From: Eledone cirrhosa
Lineage: Eukaryota
Reading direction: 5' to 3'
Length of the DNA stretch: 64,000 nucleotides
Assembly: GCA_964016885.1 (NCBI GenBank)
Contig: CAXHJY010000096.1
Location: 1,426,001-1,490,000, forward strand
Positions within the stretch are counted from its first letter, which is position 1; every line of letters starts with the position of its first letter. Shown piece after piece: positions 38,501-52,329 of the stretch. The translations under genes were made by a program, and so were the position numbers. The notes beneath the pieces are model-generated. The model had not been told where the DNA came from. It saw only the letters and a program-made list of their open reading frames with translations, and did not search any database.

Positions 38501-41500
38501 CAGCCAGCCAAGGGGAGATAATTTGTAAAAAAAATCAGGGGGAGATAATTTGTAAAAAAAATCAGGGGGAGATAATTTGTAAAAAAAAATCAGGGGTAGA
38601 TAATTTGTAAAAAATAATCAGGGGGAGATAATTTGTAAAAAAAATCAAGGGGAGATAATTTCCAGCCGTCCAAGGGGAGATAATTTTCAGCCGTCCAAGG
38701 GGAGATAATTTCCCGCCAGCCAAGGGAAGATAATATTTAAAAAAATTAGGCGGAGATAATTTGTAAAAAAAATCAGGCGGAGATAATTTGTAAAAAAATC
38801 AGGGGGAGATAATTTGTAAAAAAAATCAGGGGGAGATAATTTGTAAAAAAAATCAGGGGGAGATAATTTGTAAAAAAAAATCAGGGGGAGATAATTTGTA
38901 AAAAAAATCAAGGGGAGATAATTTCCAGCCGTCCAAGGGAAGATAATTTCCAGCCCTCCAAGGGGCTATAATTTCCAGCGTCCAAGGGGAGATAATTTCC
39001 AGCCAGCGAAGGGGAGATAATTTTTTTTAAAAAATCATTGGGAGATTTGTAAAAAAAATCAGGGGGAGATAATTTGTAAAAAAAATCAAGGGGAGATAAT
39101 TTCCAGCCGTCCAAGGGGAGGTAATATCTAGCCGTCCAAGGGGAGATAATTTCCAGCCGTCCAAGGGGAGATAATTTCCAGCCGTCCAAGGGTAGATAAT
39201 ATCCAGCCGTCCAAGGACATATTTTCCAGCCGTCCAAGGAGAGGTAATTTCTAGCCGTCCAAGGGGAGATAAATTCCAGCCTCCAAGGTGAGATAATTTC
39301 CAGCCAGCCAAGGGGAGATAATTTGTAAAAAAATCAGGGGGAGATAATTTGTAAAAAAAATCAGGGGGAGATAATTTGTAAAAAAAAATCAGGGGGAGAT
39401 AATTTGTAAAAAAAATCAAGGGGAGATAATTTCCAGCCGTCCAAGGGGAGATAATTTCCCGCCAGCCAAGGGAAGATAATATTTAAAAAAATCAGGCGGA
39501 GATAATTTGTAAAAAAAATCAGGGGGAGATAATTTGTAAAAAAATCAGGGGGAGATAATTTGTAAAAAAAAATCAGGGGGAGATAATTTGTAAAAAAAAT
39601 CAGGGGGAGATAATTTGTAAAAAAAAATCAGGGGTAGATAAATTGTAAAAAAAAATCAGGGGGAGATAATTTGTAAAAAAAATCAGGGGGAGATAATTTG
39701 TAAAAAAAATGAAAGGGGAGATAATATCCAGCCGTCCAAGGGGAGATAATTTCCAGCCGTCCAAGGGGAGATAATTTCCAGCCGTCCAAGGGGAGATAAT
39801 TTCCATCCTTCCAAGGGGATATAATTTCCAGCCGTCCAAGGGGAGATAATTTCCCGCCAGCCAAGGGAAGATAATTTTTAAAAAAATCAGGCGGAGATTG
39901 TAAAAAAAATCAGGGGGGAGATAATTTGTAAAAAAATCAGGGGGAGATAATTTGTAAAAAAAAATCAGGGGGAGATAATTTGTAAAAAATAATCAGGGGG
40001 AGATAATTTGTAAAAAGAAATCAAGGGGAGATAATTTCCAGCCGTCCAAGGGGAGGTAATATCTAGCCGTCCAAGGGGAGATAATTTCCAGCCGTCCAAC
40101 GGGAGATAATTTCCAGCCGTCCATGGGTAGATAATATCCAGCCGCCCAAGGACATATTTTCCAGCCGTCCAAGGAGAGGTAATTTCTAGCCGTCCAAAGG
40201 GAGATAATTACAGCCGTCCAAGGGTAGATAATATCCAGCCGTCCAAGGACATATTTTCCAGCCGTCCAAGGAGAGGTAATTTCTAGCCGTCCAAGGGGAG
40301 ATAAATTCCAGCCTCCAAGGGGAGATAATTTCCAGCCAGCCAAGGGGAGATAATTTGTAAAAAAATCAGGGGGAGATAATTTGTAAAAAAAATCAGGGGG
40401 AGATAATTTGTAAAAAAAAATCAGGGGGAGATAATTTGTAAAAAAAAATCAGGGGGAGATAATTTGCAAAAAAAATCAGGGGGAGATAATTTGTAAAAAA
40501 AAATCAGGGGTAGATAATTTGTAAAAAAAAATCAGGGGGAGATAATTTGTAAAAAAAAATCAGGGGGAGATAATTTGTAAAAAAAATCAAGGGGAGATAA
40601 TTTCCAGCCGTCCAAGGGAAGATAATTTCCAGCCCTCCAAGGGGCTATAATTTCCAGCGTCCAAGGGGAGATAATTTCCAGCCAGCGAAGGGGAGATAAT
40701 TTTTTTTAAAAAATCATTGGGAGATTTGTAAAAAAAATCAGGGGGAGATAATTTGTAAAAAAAATCAAGGGGAGATAATTTCCAGCCGTCCAAGGGGAGG
40801 TAATATCTAGCCGTCCAAGGGGAGATAATTTCCAGCCGTCCAACGGGAGATAATTTCCAGCCGTCCATGGGTAGATAATATCCAGCCGCCCAAGGACATA
40901 TTTTCCAGCCGTCCAAGGAGAGGTAATTTCTAGCCGTCCAAGGGGAGATAATTTCCAGCCGTCCAAGGGTAGATAATATCCAGCCGTCCAAGGACATATT
41001 TTCCAGCCGTCCAAGGAGAGGTAATTTCTAGCCGTCCAAGGGGAGATAAATTCCAGTCTCCAAGGGGAGATAATTTCCAGCCAGCCAAGGGGAGATAATT
41101 TGTAAAAAAATCAGGGGGAGATAATTTGTAAAAAAAATCAGGGGGAGATAATTTGTAAAAAAAAATCAGGGGGAGATAATTTGCAAAAAAAATCAGGGGG
41201 AGATAATTTGTAAAAAAAAATCAGGGGTAGATAATTTGTAAAAAAAAATCAGGGGGAGATAATTTGTAAAAAAAAATCAGGGGGAGATAATTTGTAAAAA
41301 AAATCAAGGGGAGATAATTTCCAGCCGTCCAAGGAGAGATAATTTTAAAAAAAATCAGGCGGAGATAATTTGTAAAAAAAAATCAGGGGGAGATAATTTG
41401 TAAAAAAAATCAGGGGGAGATAATTTGTAAAAAAAAATCAGGGGTAGATAATTTGTAAAAAAAAATCAGGGGGAGATAATTTGTAAAAAAAAATCAGGGG

Positions 41501-44500
41501 GAGATAATTTGTAAAAAAAATCAAGGGGAGATAATTTCCAGCCGTCCAAGGAGAGATAATTTAAAAAAAAATCAGGGGGAGATAATTTGTAAAAAAAATC
41601 AAGGGGAGATAATTTCCAGCCGTCCAAGGGGAGATAATTTTCAGCCGTCCAAGGGGAGATAATTTCCCGCCAGCCAAGGGAAGATAATATTCAAAAAAAT
41701 CAGGCGGAGATAATTTGTAAAAAAAATCAGGGGGAGATAATTTGTAAAAAAATCAGGGGGAGATAATTTGTAAAAAAAAAATCAGGGGGAGATAATTTGT
41801 AAAAAAAATCAGGGCGAGATAATTTGTAAAAAAAAATCAGGGGTAGATAATTTGTAAAAAAAAATCAGGGGGAGATAATTTGTAAAAAAAAATCAGGGGG
41901 AGATAATTTGTAAAAAAAATGAAAGGGGAGATAATATCCAGCCGTCCAAGGGGAGATAATTTCCAGCCGTCCAAGGGGAGATAATTTCCAGCCGTCCAAG
42001 GGGAGATAATTTCCATCCTTCCAAGGGGATATAATTTCCAGCCGTCCAAGGGGAGATAATTTCCATCCTTCCAAGGGGATATAATTTCCAGCCGTCCAAG
42101 GGGAGATAATTTTCAGCCGTCCAAGGAGAGGTAATTTCTAGCCGTCCAAGGAGAGATAATTTCCAGCCGTCCAAGGGGAGATAATTTCCAGCCGTCCAAG
42201 GGGAGATAATTTCCAGCCGTCCAAGGAGACATATTTTCCAGCCGTCCAAGGAGAGGTAATTCCTAGCCGTCCAAGGGGAGATAAATTCCAGCCTCCAAGG
42301 GGAGATAATTTCCAGCCAGCCAAGGGGAGATAATTTGTAAAAAAAATCAGGGGGAGATAATTTGTAAAAAAAATCAGGGGGAGATAATTTGTAAAGAAAT
42401 CAGGGGGAGATAATTTGTAAAAAAAATCAGGGGGAGATAATTTGTAAAAAAAATCAGGGGGAGATAATTTGTAAAAAAAAATCAGGGGGAGATAATTTGT
42501 AAAAAAAATCAAGGGGAGATAATTTCCAGCCGTCCAAGGGAAGATAATTTCCAGCCCTCCAAGGGGCTATAATTTCCAGCGTCCAAGGGGAGATAATTTC
42601 CAGCCAGCGAAGGGGAGATAATTTTTTTAAAAAAATCATTGGGAGATGTAAAAAAATCAGGGGGAGATAATTTGTAAAAAAAATCAAGGGGAGATAATTT
42701 CCAGCCGTCCAAGGGGAGGTAATATCTAGCCGTCCAAGGGGTGATAATTTCCAGCCGTCCAAGGGGAGATAATTTCCAGCCGTCCAAGGGTAGATAATAT
42801 CCAGCCGTCCAAGGACATATTTTCCAGCCGTCCAAGGAGAGGTAATTTCTAGCCGTCCAAGGGGAGATAAATTCCAGCCTCCAAGGTGAGATAATTTCCA
42901 GCCAGCCAAGGGGAGATAATTTGTAAAAAAATCAGGGGGAGATAATTTGTAAAAAAAATCAGGGGGAGATAATTTGTAAAAAAAAATCAGGGGGAGATAA
43001 TTTGTAAAAAAAATCAAGGGGAGATAATTTCCAGCCGTCCAAGGGGAGATAATTTTCAGCCGTCCAAGGGGAGATAATTTCCCGCCAGCCAAGGGAAGAT
43101 AATATTTAAAAAAATCAGGCGGAGATAATTTGTAAAAAAAATCAGGGGGAGATAATTTGTAAAAAAATCAGGGGGAGATAATTTGTAAAAAAAAAATCAG
43201 GGGGAGATAATTTGTAAAAAAAATCAGGGGTAGATAATTTGTAAAAAAAAATCAGGGGTAGATGAATTGTAAAAAAAAATCAGGGGGAGATAATTTGTAA
43301 AAAAAATCAGGGGGAGATAATTTGTAAAAAAAATCAAGGGGAGATAATTTCCAGCCGTCCAAGGGGAGATAATTTTCAGCCGTCCAAGGAGAGGTAATTT
43401 CTAGCCGTCCAAGGGGAGATAATTTCCAGCCGTCCAAGGGGAGGTAATTTCCAGCCGTCCAAGGGGAGATAATTTTAAAAAAAAAATCAGGCGGAGATAA
43501 TTTGTAAAAAAAATCAAGGGGAGATAATTTGCAGCCGTCCAAGGGGAGATAATTTTCAGTCGTCCAAGGAGAGGTAATTTCTAGCCGTCCAAGGGGAGAT
43601 AATTGCCAGCCGTCCAAGGGGAGATAATTTCCAGCCGTCCAAGGGGAGATAATTTTTTTTTAAAAATCAGGCGGAGATAATTTGTAAAAAAAATCAGGGG
43701 GAGATAATTTGTAAACAAAATCAGGGGGAGATAATTTGTAAAAAAAAATCAGGGGTAGATAATTTGTAAAAAAAAATCAGGGGGAGATAATTTGTAAAAA
43801 AAAATCAGGGGGAGATAATTTGTAAAAAAAATCAAGGGGAGATAATTTCCAGCCGTCCAAGGGGAGATAATTTTCAGCCGTCCAAGGAGAGGTAATTTCT
43901 AGCCGTCCAAGGGGAGATAATTTCCAGCCGTCCAAGGGGAGGTAATTTCCAGCCGTCCAAGGGGAGATAATTTAAAAAAAAAAATCAGGCGGAGATAATT
44001 TGTAAAAAAAATCAAGGGGAGATAATTTGCAGCCGTCCAAGGGGAGATAATTTTCAGTCGTCCAAGGAGAGGTAATTTCTAGCCGTCCAAGGGGAGATAA
44101 TTGCCAGCCGTCCAAGGGGAGATAATTTCCAGCCGTCCAAGGGGAGATAATTTTTTTTAAAAAATCAGGCGGAGATAATTTGTAAAAAAAATCAGGGGGA
44201 GATAATTTGTAAACAAAATCAGGGGGAGATAATTTGTAAAAAAAAATCAGGGGGAGATAATTTGTAAAAAAAATCATGGAGAGATAATTTCCAGCCGTCC
44301 AAGGGGGGATAATTTCCAGCCTTCCAAGGAGACATATTTTCCAGCCGTCCAAGGCGAGGTAATTTCTAGCCGTCCAAGGGGAGATAAATTCCAGCCTCCA
44401 AGGGGAGATAATTTCCAGCCAGCCAAGTGGAGATAATTTGTAAAAAAATCAGGGGGAGATAATTTGTAAAAAATATCAGGGAGATAATTTGTAAAAAAAA

Positions 44501-46820
44501 ATCAGGGGGAGATAATTTGTAAAAAAAATCAGGGGGAGATAATTTGTAAAAAAAAATCAGGGGGAGATAATTTGTAAAAAAAATCAAGGGGAGATAATTT
44601 CCAGCCGTCCAAGGGGAGATAATTTTCAGCCGTCCAAGGGGAGATAATTTCCCGCCAGCCAAGGGAAGATAATATTTAAAAAAATCAGGCGGAGATAATT
44701 TGTAAAAAAAATCAGGGGGAGATAATTTGTAAAAAAATCAGGGGGAGATAATTTGTAAAAAAAAAATCAGGGGGAGATAATTTGTAAAAAAAATCAGGGG
44801 GAGATAATTTGTAAAAAAAAATCAGGGGTAGATAATTTGTAAACAAATATCAGGGGGAGATAATTTGTAAAAAAAAATCAGGGGGAGATAATTTGTAAAA
44901 AAAATGAAAGGGGAGATAATATCCAGCCGTCCAAGGGGAGATAATTTCCAGCCGTCCAAGGGGATATAATTTCCAGCCGTCCAAGGGGAGATAATTTCCA
45001 TCCTTCCAAGGGGATATAATTTCCAGCCGTCCAAGGGGAGATAATTTCCCGCCAGCCAAGGGAAGATAATTTTTAAAAAAATCAGGCGGAGATTGTAAAA
45101 AAAATCAGGGGGGAGATAATTTGTAAAAAAATCAGGGGGAGATAATTTGTAAAAAATAATCAGGGGGAGATAATTTGTAAAAAAATTCAAGGGGAGATAA
45201 TTTCCAGCCGTCCAAGGGGAGATAATTTCCCGCCAGCCAAGGGAAGATAATATTTAAAAAAATCAGGCGGAGATTGTAAAAAAAATCAGGGGGGAGATAA
45301 TTTGTAAAAAAATCAGGGGGAGATAATTTGTAAAAAAAATCAGGGGGAGATAATTTGTAAAAAAATCAGGGGGAGATAAATTGTAAAAAAAATCAGGGGG
45401 AGATAATTTGTAAAAAAAATCATGGGGAGATAATTTGTAAAAAGAAATCAGGGGTAGATAATTTGTAAAAAAAAATCAGGGGGAGATAATTTGTAAAAAA
45501 AAATCAGGGGGAGATAATTTGTAAAAAAAATCAAGGGGAGATAATATCCAGCCGTCCAAGGAGAGATAATTTTAAAAAAAAATGAGGCGGAGATAATTTG
45601 TAAAAAAAAAATCAGGGGGAGTTAATTTGTAAAAAAAAATGAGGGGGAGATAATTTGTAAAAAAAATCAAGGGGAGATAATTTCCAGCCGTCCAAGGGGA
45701 GATAATTTTCAGCCGTCCAAGGAGAGGTAATTTCTAGCCGTCCAAGGGGAGATAATTTCCAGCCGTCCAAGGGGAGGTAATTTCCAGCCGTCCAAGGGGA
45801 GATAATTTAAAAAAAAAAATCAGGCGGAGATAATTTGTAAAAAAAATCAAGGGGAGATAATTTGCAGCCGTCCAAGGGGAGATAATTTTCAGTCGTCCAA
45901 GGAGAGGTAATTTCTAGCCGTCCAAGGGGAGATAATTTCCAGCCGTCCAAGGGGAGATAATTTCCAGCCGTCCAAGGGGAGATAATTTTTTTTAAAAAAT
46001 CAGGCGGAGATAATTTGTAAAAAAAATCAGGGGGAGATAATTTGTAAACAAAATCAGGGGGAGATAATTTGTAAAAAAAAATCAGGGGGAGATAATTTGT
46101 AAAAAAAATTAGGCGTAGATAATTTGTAAAAAAAAATCAGGGGGAGATAATTTGTAAAAAAAAATCAGGGGGAGATAATTTGTTTAAAAAATCAAGGGGA
46201 GATAATTTGCAGCCGTCCAAGGGGAGATAATTTTCAGCCGTCCAAGGAGAGGTAATTTCTAGCCGTTCAAGGGGAGATAATTTCCAGCCGTCCAAGGGGA
46301 GATAATTTCCAGCCGTCCAAGGGGAGATAATTTTTTTTTAAAAATCAGGCGGAGATAATTTGTAAAAAAAAATCAGGGGGAGATAATTCGTAAAAAAAAA
46401 TCAGGGGGAGATAATTTGTAAAAAAAAATCAGGGGGAGATAATTTGTAAAAAAAATCAAGGGGAGATAATTTCCAGCCGTCCAAGGGGAGGTAATATCTA
46501 GCCGTCCAAGGGGAGATAATTTCCAGCCGTCCAAGGGGAGATAATTTCCAGCCGTCCAAGGGGAGATAATTTCCAGCCGTCCAAGGAGACATATTTTCCA
46601 GCCGTCCAAGGCGAGGTAATTTCTAGCCGTCCAAGGGGAGATAAATTCCAGCCTCCAAGGGGAGATAATTTCCAGCCAGCCAAGGGGAGATAATTTGTAA
46701 AAAAATCAGGGGGAGATAATTTGTAAAAAATATCAGGGAGATAATTTGTAAAAAAAAATCAGGGGGAGATAATTTGTAAAAAAAATCAGGGGGAGATAAT
46801 TTGTAAAAAAAAATCAGGGG
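27340..46820 (+). repeat. Higher-order tandem duplication, about 9.9 kb first copy and 9.5 kb second copy
   Basis: Offsets 28113/38025 and 28996/38908 (9912), 30674/40587 (9913), 31952/41837 (9885), 34484/43972 and 35334/44822 (9488), 37009/46498 (9489). Shared rare variants: CCAAAGGG, CAGTCTCC, AGGGCGAG, AAGGGGGGATAA. Confidence 0.92.
33770..34770 (+). repeat. 498-bp local tandem duplication (also at about 43260-44260 and 57300-58300)
   Basis: The marker GTCGTCC lies at 34071/34569, 43559/44057 and 57603/58101, each pair 498 bp apart. Confidence 0.88.
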
Positions 46821-48844
46821 GAGATAATTTGTAAAAAAAATCAAGGGGAGATAATTTCCAGCCGTCCAAGGGGAGATAATTTTCAGCCGTCCAAAGAGAG
46901 GTAATTTCTAACCGTCCGAGGAGAGATAATTTCCAGCCGTCCAAGGGGAGATAATTTCCAGCCGTCCAAGGGGAGATAATTTCCAGCCGTCCAAGGAGAC
47001 ATATTTTCCAGCCGTCCAAGGAGAGGTAATTTCTAGCCGTCCAAGGGGAGATAAATTCCAGCCTCCAAGGGGAGATAATTTCCAGCCAGCCAAATGGAGA
47101 TAATTTGTAAAAAAATCAGGGGGAGATAATTTGCAAAAAAAATCAGGGGGAGATAATTTGTAAAAAATAATCAGGGGGAGATAATTTCCAGCCGTCCAAG
47201 GGGAGATAATTTAAAAAAAAATCAGGCGGAGATAATTTGTAAAAAAAAATCAGGGGGAGATAATTTGTAAAAAAAAATCAGGGGGAGATAATTTGTAAAA
47301 AAAATCAAGGGGAGATAATTTCCAGCCGTCCAAGGGAAGATAATTTCCAGCCCTCCAAGGGGCTATAATTTCCAGTGTCCAAGGGGAGATAATTTCCAGC
47401 CAGCGAAGGGGAGATAATTTTTTTTAAAAAATCATTGGGAGATTTGTAAAAAAAATCAGGGGGAGATAATTTGTAAAAAAAATCAAGGGGAGATAATTTC
47501 CAGCCGTCCAAGGGGAGGTAATATCTAGCCGTCCAAGGGGAGATAATTTCCAGCCGTCCAAGGGGAGATAATTTCCAGCCGTCCCAGGGTAGATAATATC
47601 CAGCCGCCCAAGGACATATTTTCCAGCCGTCCAAGGAGAGGTAATTTCTAGCCGTCCAAGGGGAGATAAATTCCAGCCTCCAAGGGGAGATAATTTCCAG
47701 CCAGCCAAGGGGAGATAATTTGTAAAAAAATCAGGGGGAGATAATTTGTAAAAAAAATCAGGGGGAGATAATTTGTAAAAAAAAATCAGGGGGAGATAAT
47801 TTGTAAAAAAAAATCAGGGGGAGATAATTTGCAAAAAAAATCAGGGGGAGATAATTTGTAAAAAAAAATCAGGGGTAGATAATTTGTAAAAAAAAATCAG
47901 GGGGAGATAATTTGTAAAAAAAAATCAGGGGGAGATAATTTGTAAAAAAAATCAAGGGGAGATAATTTCCAGCCGTCCAAGGAGAGATAATTTAAAAAAA
48001 AATCAGGCGGAGATAATTTGTAAAAAAAAATCAGGGGGAGATAATTTGTAAAAAAAATCAGGGGGAGATAATTTGTAAAAAAAAATCAGGGGTAGATAAT
48101 TTGTAAAAAAAATCAGGGGGAGATAATTTGTAAAAAAAAATCAGGGGGAGATAATTTGTAAAAAAAATCAAGGGGAGATAATTTCCAGCCGTCCAAGGAG
48201 AGATAATTTTAAAAAAAATCAGGCGGAGATAATTTGTAAAAAAAAATTAGGGGGAGATAATTTGTAAAAAAAAATCAGGGGGAGATAATTTGTAAAAAAA
48301 ATCAAGGGGAGATAATTTCCAGCCGTCCAAGGGGAGATAATTTTCAGCCGTCCAAGGGGAGATAATTTCCCGCCAGCCAAGGGAAGATAATATTCAAAAA
48401 AATCAGGCGGAGATAATTTGTAAAAAAAATCAGGGGGAGATAATTTGTAAAAAAATCAGGGGGAGATAATTTGTAAAAAAAATGAAAGGGGAGATAATAT
48501 CCAGCCGTCCAAGGGGAGATAATTTCCAGCCGTCCAAGGGGAGATAATTTCCAGCCGTCCAAGGGGAGATAATTTCCATCCTTCCAAGGGGATATAATTT
48601 CCAGCCGTCCAAGGGGAGATAATTTCCATCCTTCCAAGGGGATATAATTTCCAGCCGTCCAAGGGGAGATAATTTTCAGCCGTCCAAGGAGAGGTAATTT
48701 CTAGCCGTCCAAGGAGAGATAATTTCCAGCCGTCCAAGGGGAGATAATTTCCAGCCGTCCAAGGGGAGATAATTTCCAGCCGTCCAAGGAGACATATTTT
48801 CCAGCCGTCCAAGGAGAGGTAATTCCTAGCCGTCCAAGGGGAGA

Positions 48845-51800
48845 TAATTTCCAGCCCTCCAAGGGGCTATAATTTCCAGCGTCCAAGGGGAGATAATTTC
48901 CAGCCAGCGAAGGGGAGATAATTTTTTTAAAAAAATCATTGGGAGATTTGTAAAAAAAATCAGGGGGAGATAATTTGTAAAAAAAATCAAGGGGAGATAA
49001 TTTCCAGCCGTCCAAGGGGAGGTAATATCTAGCCGTCCAAGGGGAGATAATTTCCAGCCGTCCAAGGGGAGATAATTTCCAGCCGTCCAAGGGTAGATAA
49101 TATCCAGCCGTCCAAGGACATATTTTCCAGCCGTCCAAGGAGAGGTAATTTCTAGCCGTCCAAGGGGAGATAAATTCCAGCCTCCAAGGTGAGATAATTT
49201 CCAGCCAGCCAAGGGGAGATAATTTGTAAAAAAATCAGGGGGAGATAATTTGTAAAAAAAATCAGGGGGAGATAATTTGTAAAAAAAAATCAGGGGGAGA
49301 TAATTTGTAAAAAAAAATCAGGGGGAGATAATTTGTAAAAAAAAATCAGGGGGAGATAATTTGTAAAAAAATCAAGGGGAGATAATTTCCAGCCGTCCAA
49401 GGGGAGATAATTTTCAGCCGTCCAAGGGGAGATAATTTCCCGCCAGCCAAGGGAAGATAATATTTGAAAAAATCAGGCGGAGATAATTTGTAAAAAAAAT
49501 CAGGGGGAGATAATTTGTAAAAAAATCAGGGGGAGATAATTTGTAAAAAAAAAATCAGGGGGAGATAATTTGTAAAAAGAATCAGGGGGAGATAATTTGT
49601 AAAAAAAAATCAGGGGTAGATAAATTGTAAAAAAAAATCAGGGGGAGATAATTTGTAAAAAAAATCAGGGGGAGATAATTTGTAAAAAAAATGAAAGGGG
49701 AGATAATATCCAGCCGTCCAAGGGGAGATAATTTCCAGCCGTCCAAGGGGAGATAATTTCCAGCCGTCCAAGGGGAGATAATTTCCATCCTTCCAAGGGG
49801 ATATAATTTCCAGCCGTCCAAGGGGAGATAATTTCCCGCCAGCCAAGGGAAGATAATTTTTAAAAAAATCAGGCGGAGATTGTAAAAAAAATCAGGGGGG
49901 AGATAATTTGTAAAAAAATCAGGGGGAGATAATTTGTAAAAAAAATCAGGGGGAGATAATTTGTAAAAAATAATCAGGGGGAGATAATTTGTAAAAAAAA
50001 ATCAAGGGGAGATAATTTCCAGCCGTCCAAGGGGAGATAATTTCCCGCCAGCCAAGGGAAGATAATATTTAAAAAAATTAGGCGGAGATAATTTGTAAAA
50101 AAAATCAGGGGGAGATAATTTGTAAAAAAATCAGGGGGAGATAATTTGTAAAAAAAATCAGGGGGAGATAATTTGTAAAAAAATTCATGGGGAGATAATT
50201 TGTAAAAAAAAATCAGGGGTAGATAATTTGTAAAAAATAATCAGGGGGAGATAATTTGTAAAAAAAAATCAGGGGGAGATAATTTGTAAAAAAAATCAAG
50301 GGGAGATAATTTCCAGCCGTCCAAGGGGAGATAATTTTCAGCCGTCCAAGGAGAGGTAATTTCTAGCCGTCCAAGGGGAGATAATTTCCAGCCGTCCAAG
50401 GGGAGGTAATTTCCAGCCGTCCAAGGGTAGATAATTTAAAAAAAAAAATCAGGCGGAGATAATTTGTAAAAAAAATCAAGGGGAGATAATTTGCAGCCGT
50501 CCAAGGGGAGATAATTTTCAGTCGTCCAAGGAGAGGTAATTTCTAGCCGTCCAAGGGGAGATAATTTCCAGCCGTCCAAGGGGAGATAATTTTTTTTAAA
50601 AAATCAGGCGGAGATAATTTGTAAAAAAAATCAGGGGGAGATAATTTGTAAACAAAATCAGGGGGAGATAATTTGTAAAAAAAAATCAGGGGGAGATAAT
50701 TTGTAAAAAAAATCATGGAGAGATAATTTCCAGCCGTCCAAGGTGAGATAATTTCCAGCCGTCCAAGGAGACATATTTTCCAGCCGTCCAAGGCGAGGTA
50801 ATTTCTAGCCGTCCAAGGGGAGATAAATTCCAGCCTCCAAGGGGAGATAATTTCCAGCTAGCCAAGTGGAGATAATTTGTAAAAAAATCAGGGGGAGATA
50901 ATTTGTAAAAAATATCAGGGAGATAATTTGTAAAAAAAAATCAGGGGGAGATAATTTGTAAAAAAAAATCAGGGGTAGATAATTTGTAAAAAAAAATCAG
51001 GGGGGAGATAATTTGTAAAAAAAATCAAGGGGAGATAATTTCCAGCCGTCCAAGGGAAGATAATTTCCAGCCCTCCAAGGGGCTATAATTTCCAGCGTCC
51101 AAGGGGAGATAATTTCCAGCCAGCGAAGGGGAGATAATTTTTTAAAAAAAATCATTGGGAGATTTGTAAAAAAAATCAGGGGGAGATAATTTGTAAAAAA
51201 AATCAAGGGGAGATAATTTCCAGCCGTCCAAGGGGAGGTAATATCTAGCCGTCCAAGGGTAGATAATTTCCAGCCGTCCAACGGGAGATAATTTCCAGCC
51301 GTCCAAGGGTAGATAATATCCAGCCGCCCAAGGACATATTTTCCAGCCGTCCAAGGAGAGGTAATTTCTAGCCGTCCAAGGGGAGATAATTTCCAGCCGT
51401 CCAAGGGTAGATAATATCCAGCCGTCCAAGGACATATTTTCCAGCCGTCCAAGGAGAGGTAATTTCTAGCCGTCCAAGGGGAGATAAATTCCAGCCTCCA
51501 AGGGGAGATAATTTCCAGCCAGCCAAGGGGAGATAATTTGTAAAAAAATCAGGGGGAGATAATTTGTAAAAAAAATCAGGGGGAGATAATTTGTAAAAAA
51601 AAATCAGGGGGAGATAATTTGTAAAAAAAAATCAGGGGGAGATAATTTGCAAAAAAAATCAGGGGGAGATAATTTGTAAAAAAAAATCAGGGGTAGATAA
51701 TTTGTAAAAAAAAATCAGGGGGAGATAATTTGTAAAAAAAAATCAGGGGGAGATAATTTGTAAAAAAAATCAAGGGGAGATAATTTCCAGCCGTCCAAGG

Positions 51801-52170
51801 AGAGATAATTTAAAAAAAAATCAGGCGGAGATAATTTGTAAAAAAAAATCAGGGGGAGATAATTTGTAAAAAAAAATCAGGGGGAGATAATTTGTAAAAA
51901 AAAATCAGGGGGAGATAATTTGTAAAAAAAATCAGGAGGAGATAATTTGTAAAAAAAATCAAGGGGAGATAATTTCCAGCAGTCCAAGGAGAGATAATTT
52001 AAAAAAAAATCAGGCGGAGATAATTTGTAAAAAAAAATCAGGGGGAGATAATTTGTAAAAAAAAATCAGGGGGAGATAATTTGTAAAAAAAATCAAGGGG
52101 AGATAATTTCCAGCCGTCCAAGGGGAGATAATTTTCAGCCGTCCAAGGGGAGATAATTTCCCGCCAGCCA
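48845..52170 (+). repeat. About 3.3-kb block duplicated 10,976 bp downstream (copy 1)
   Basis: Offsets 49582/60558, 50791/61767 and 50997/61973. Shared rare variants: CCAGCTAGCC and AAAAAGAATCA. Confidence 0.88.
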
Positions 52171-52329
52171 AGGGAAGATAATATTCAAAAAAATCAGACG
52201 GAGATAATTTGTAAAAAAAATCAGGGGGAGATAATTTGTAAAAAAATCAGGGGGAGATAATTTGTAAAAAAAAAAATCAGGGGGAGATAATTTTAAAAAA
52301 AAATCAGGGGGAGATAATTTGTAAAAAAA

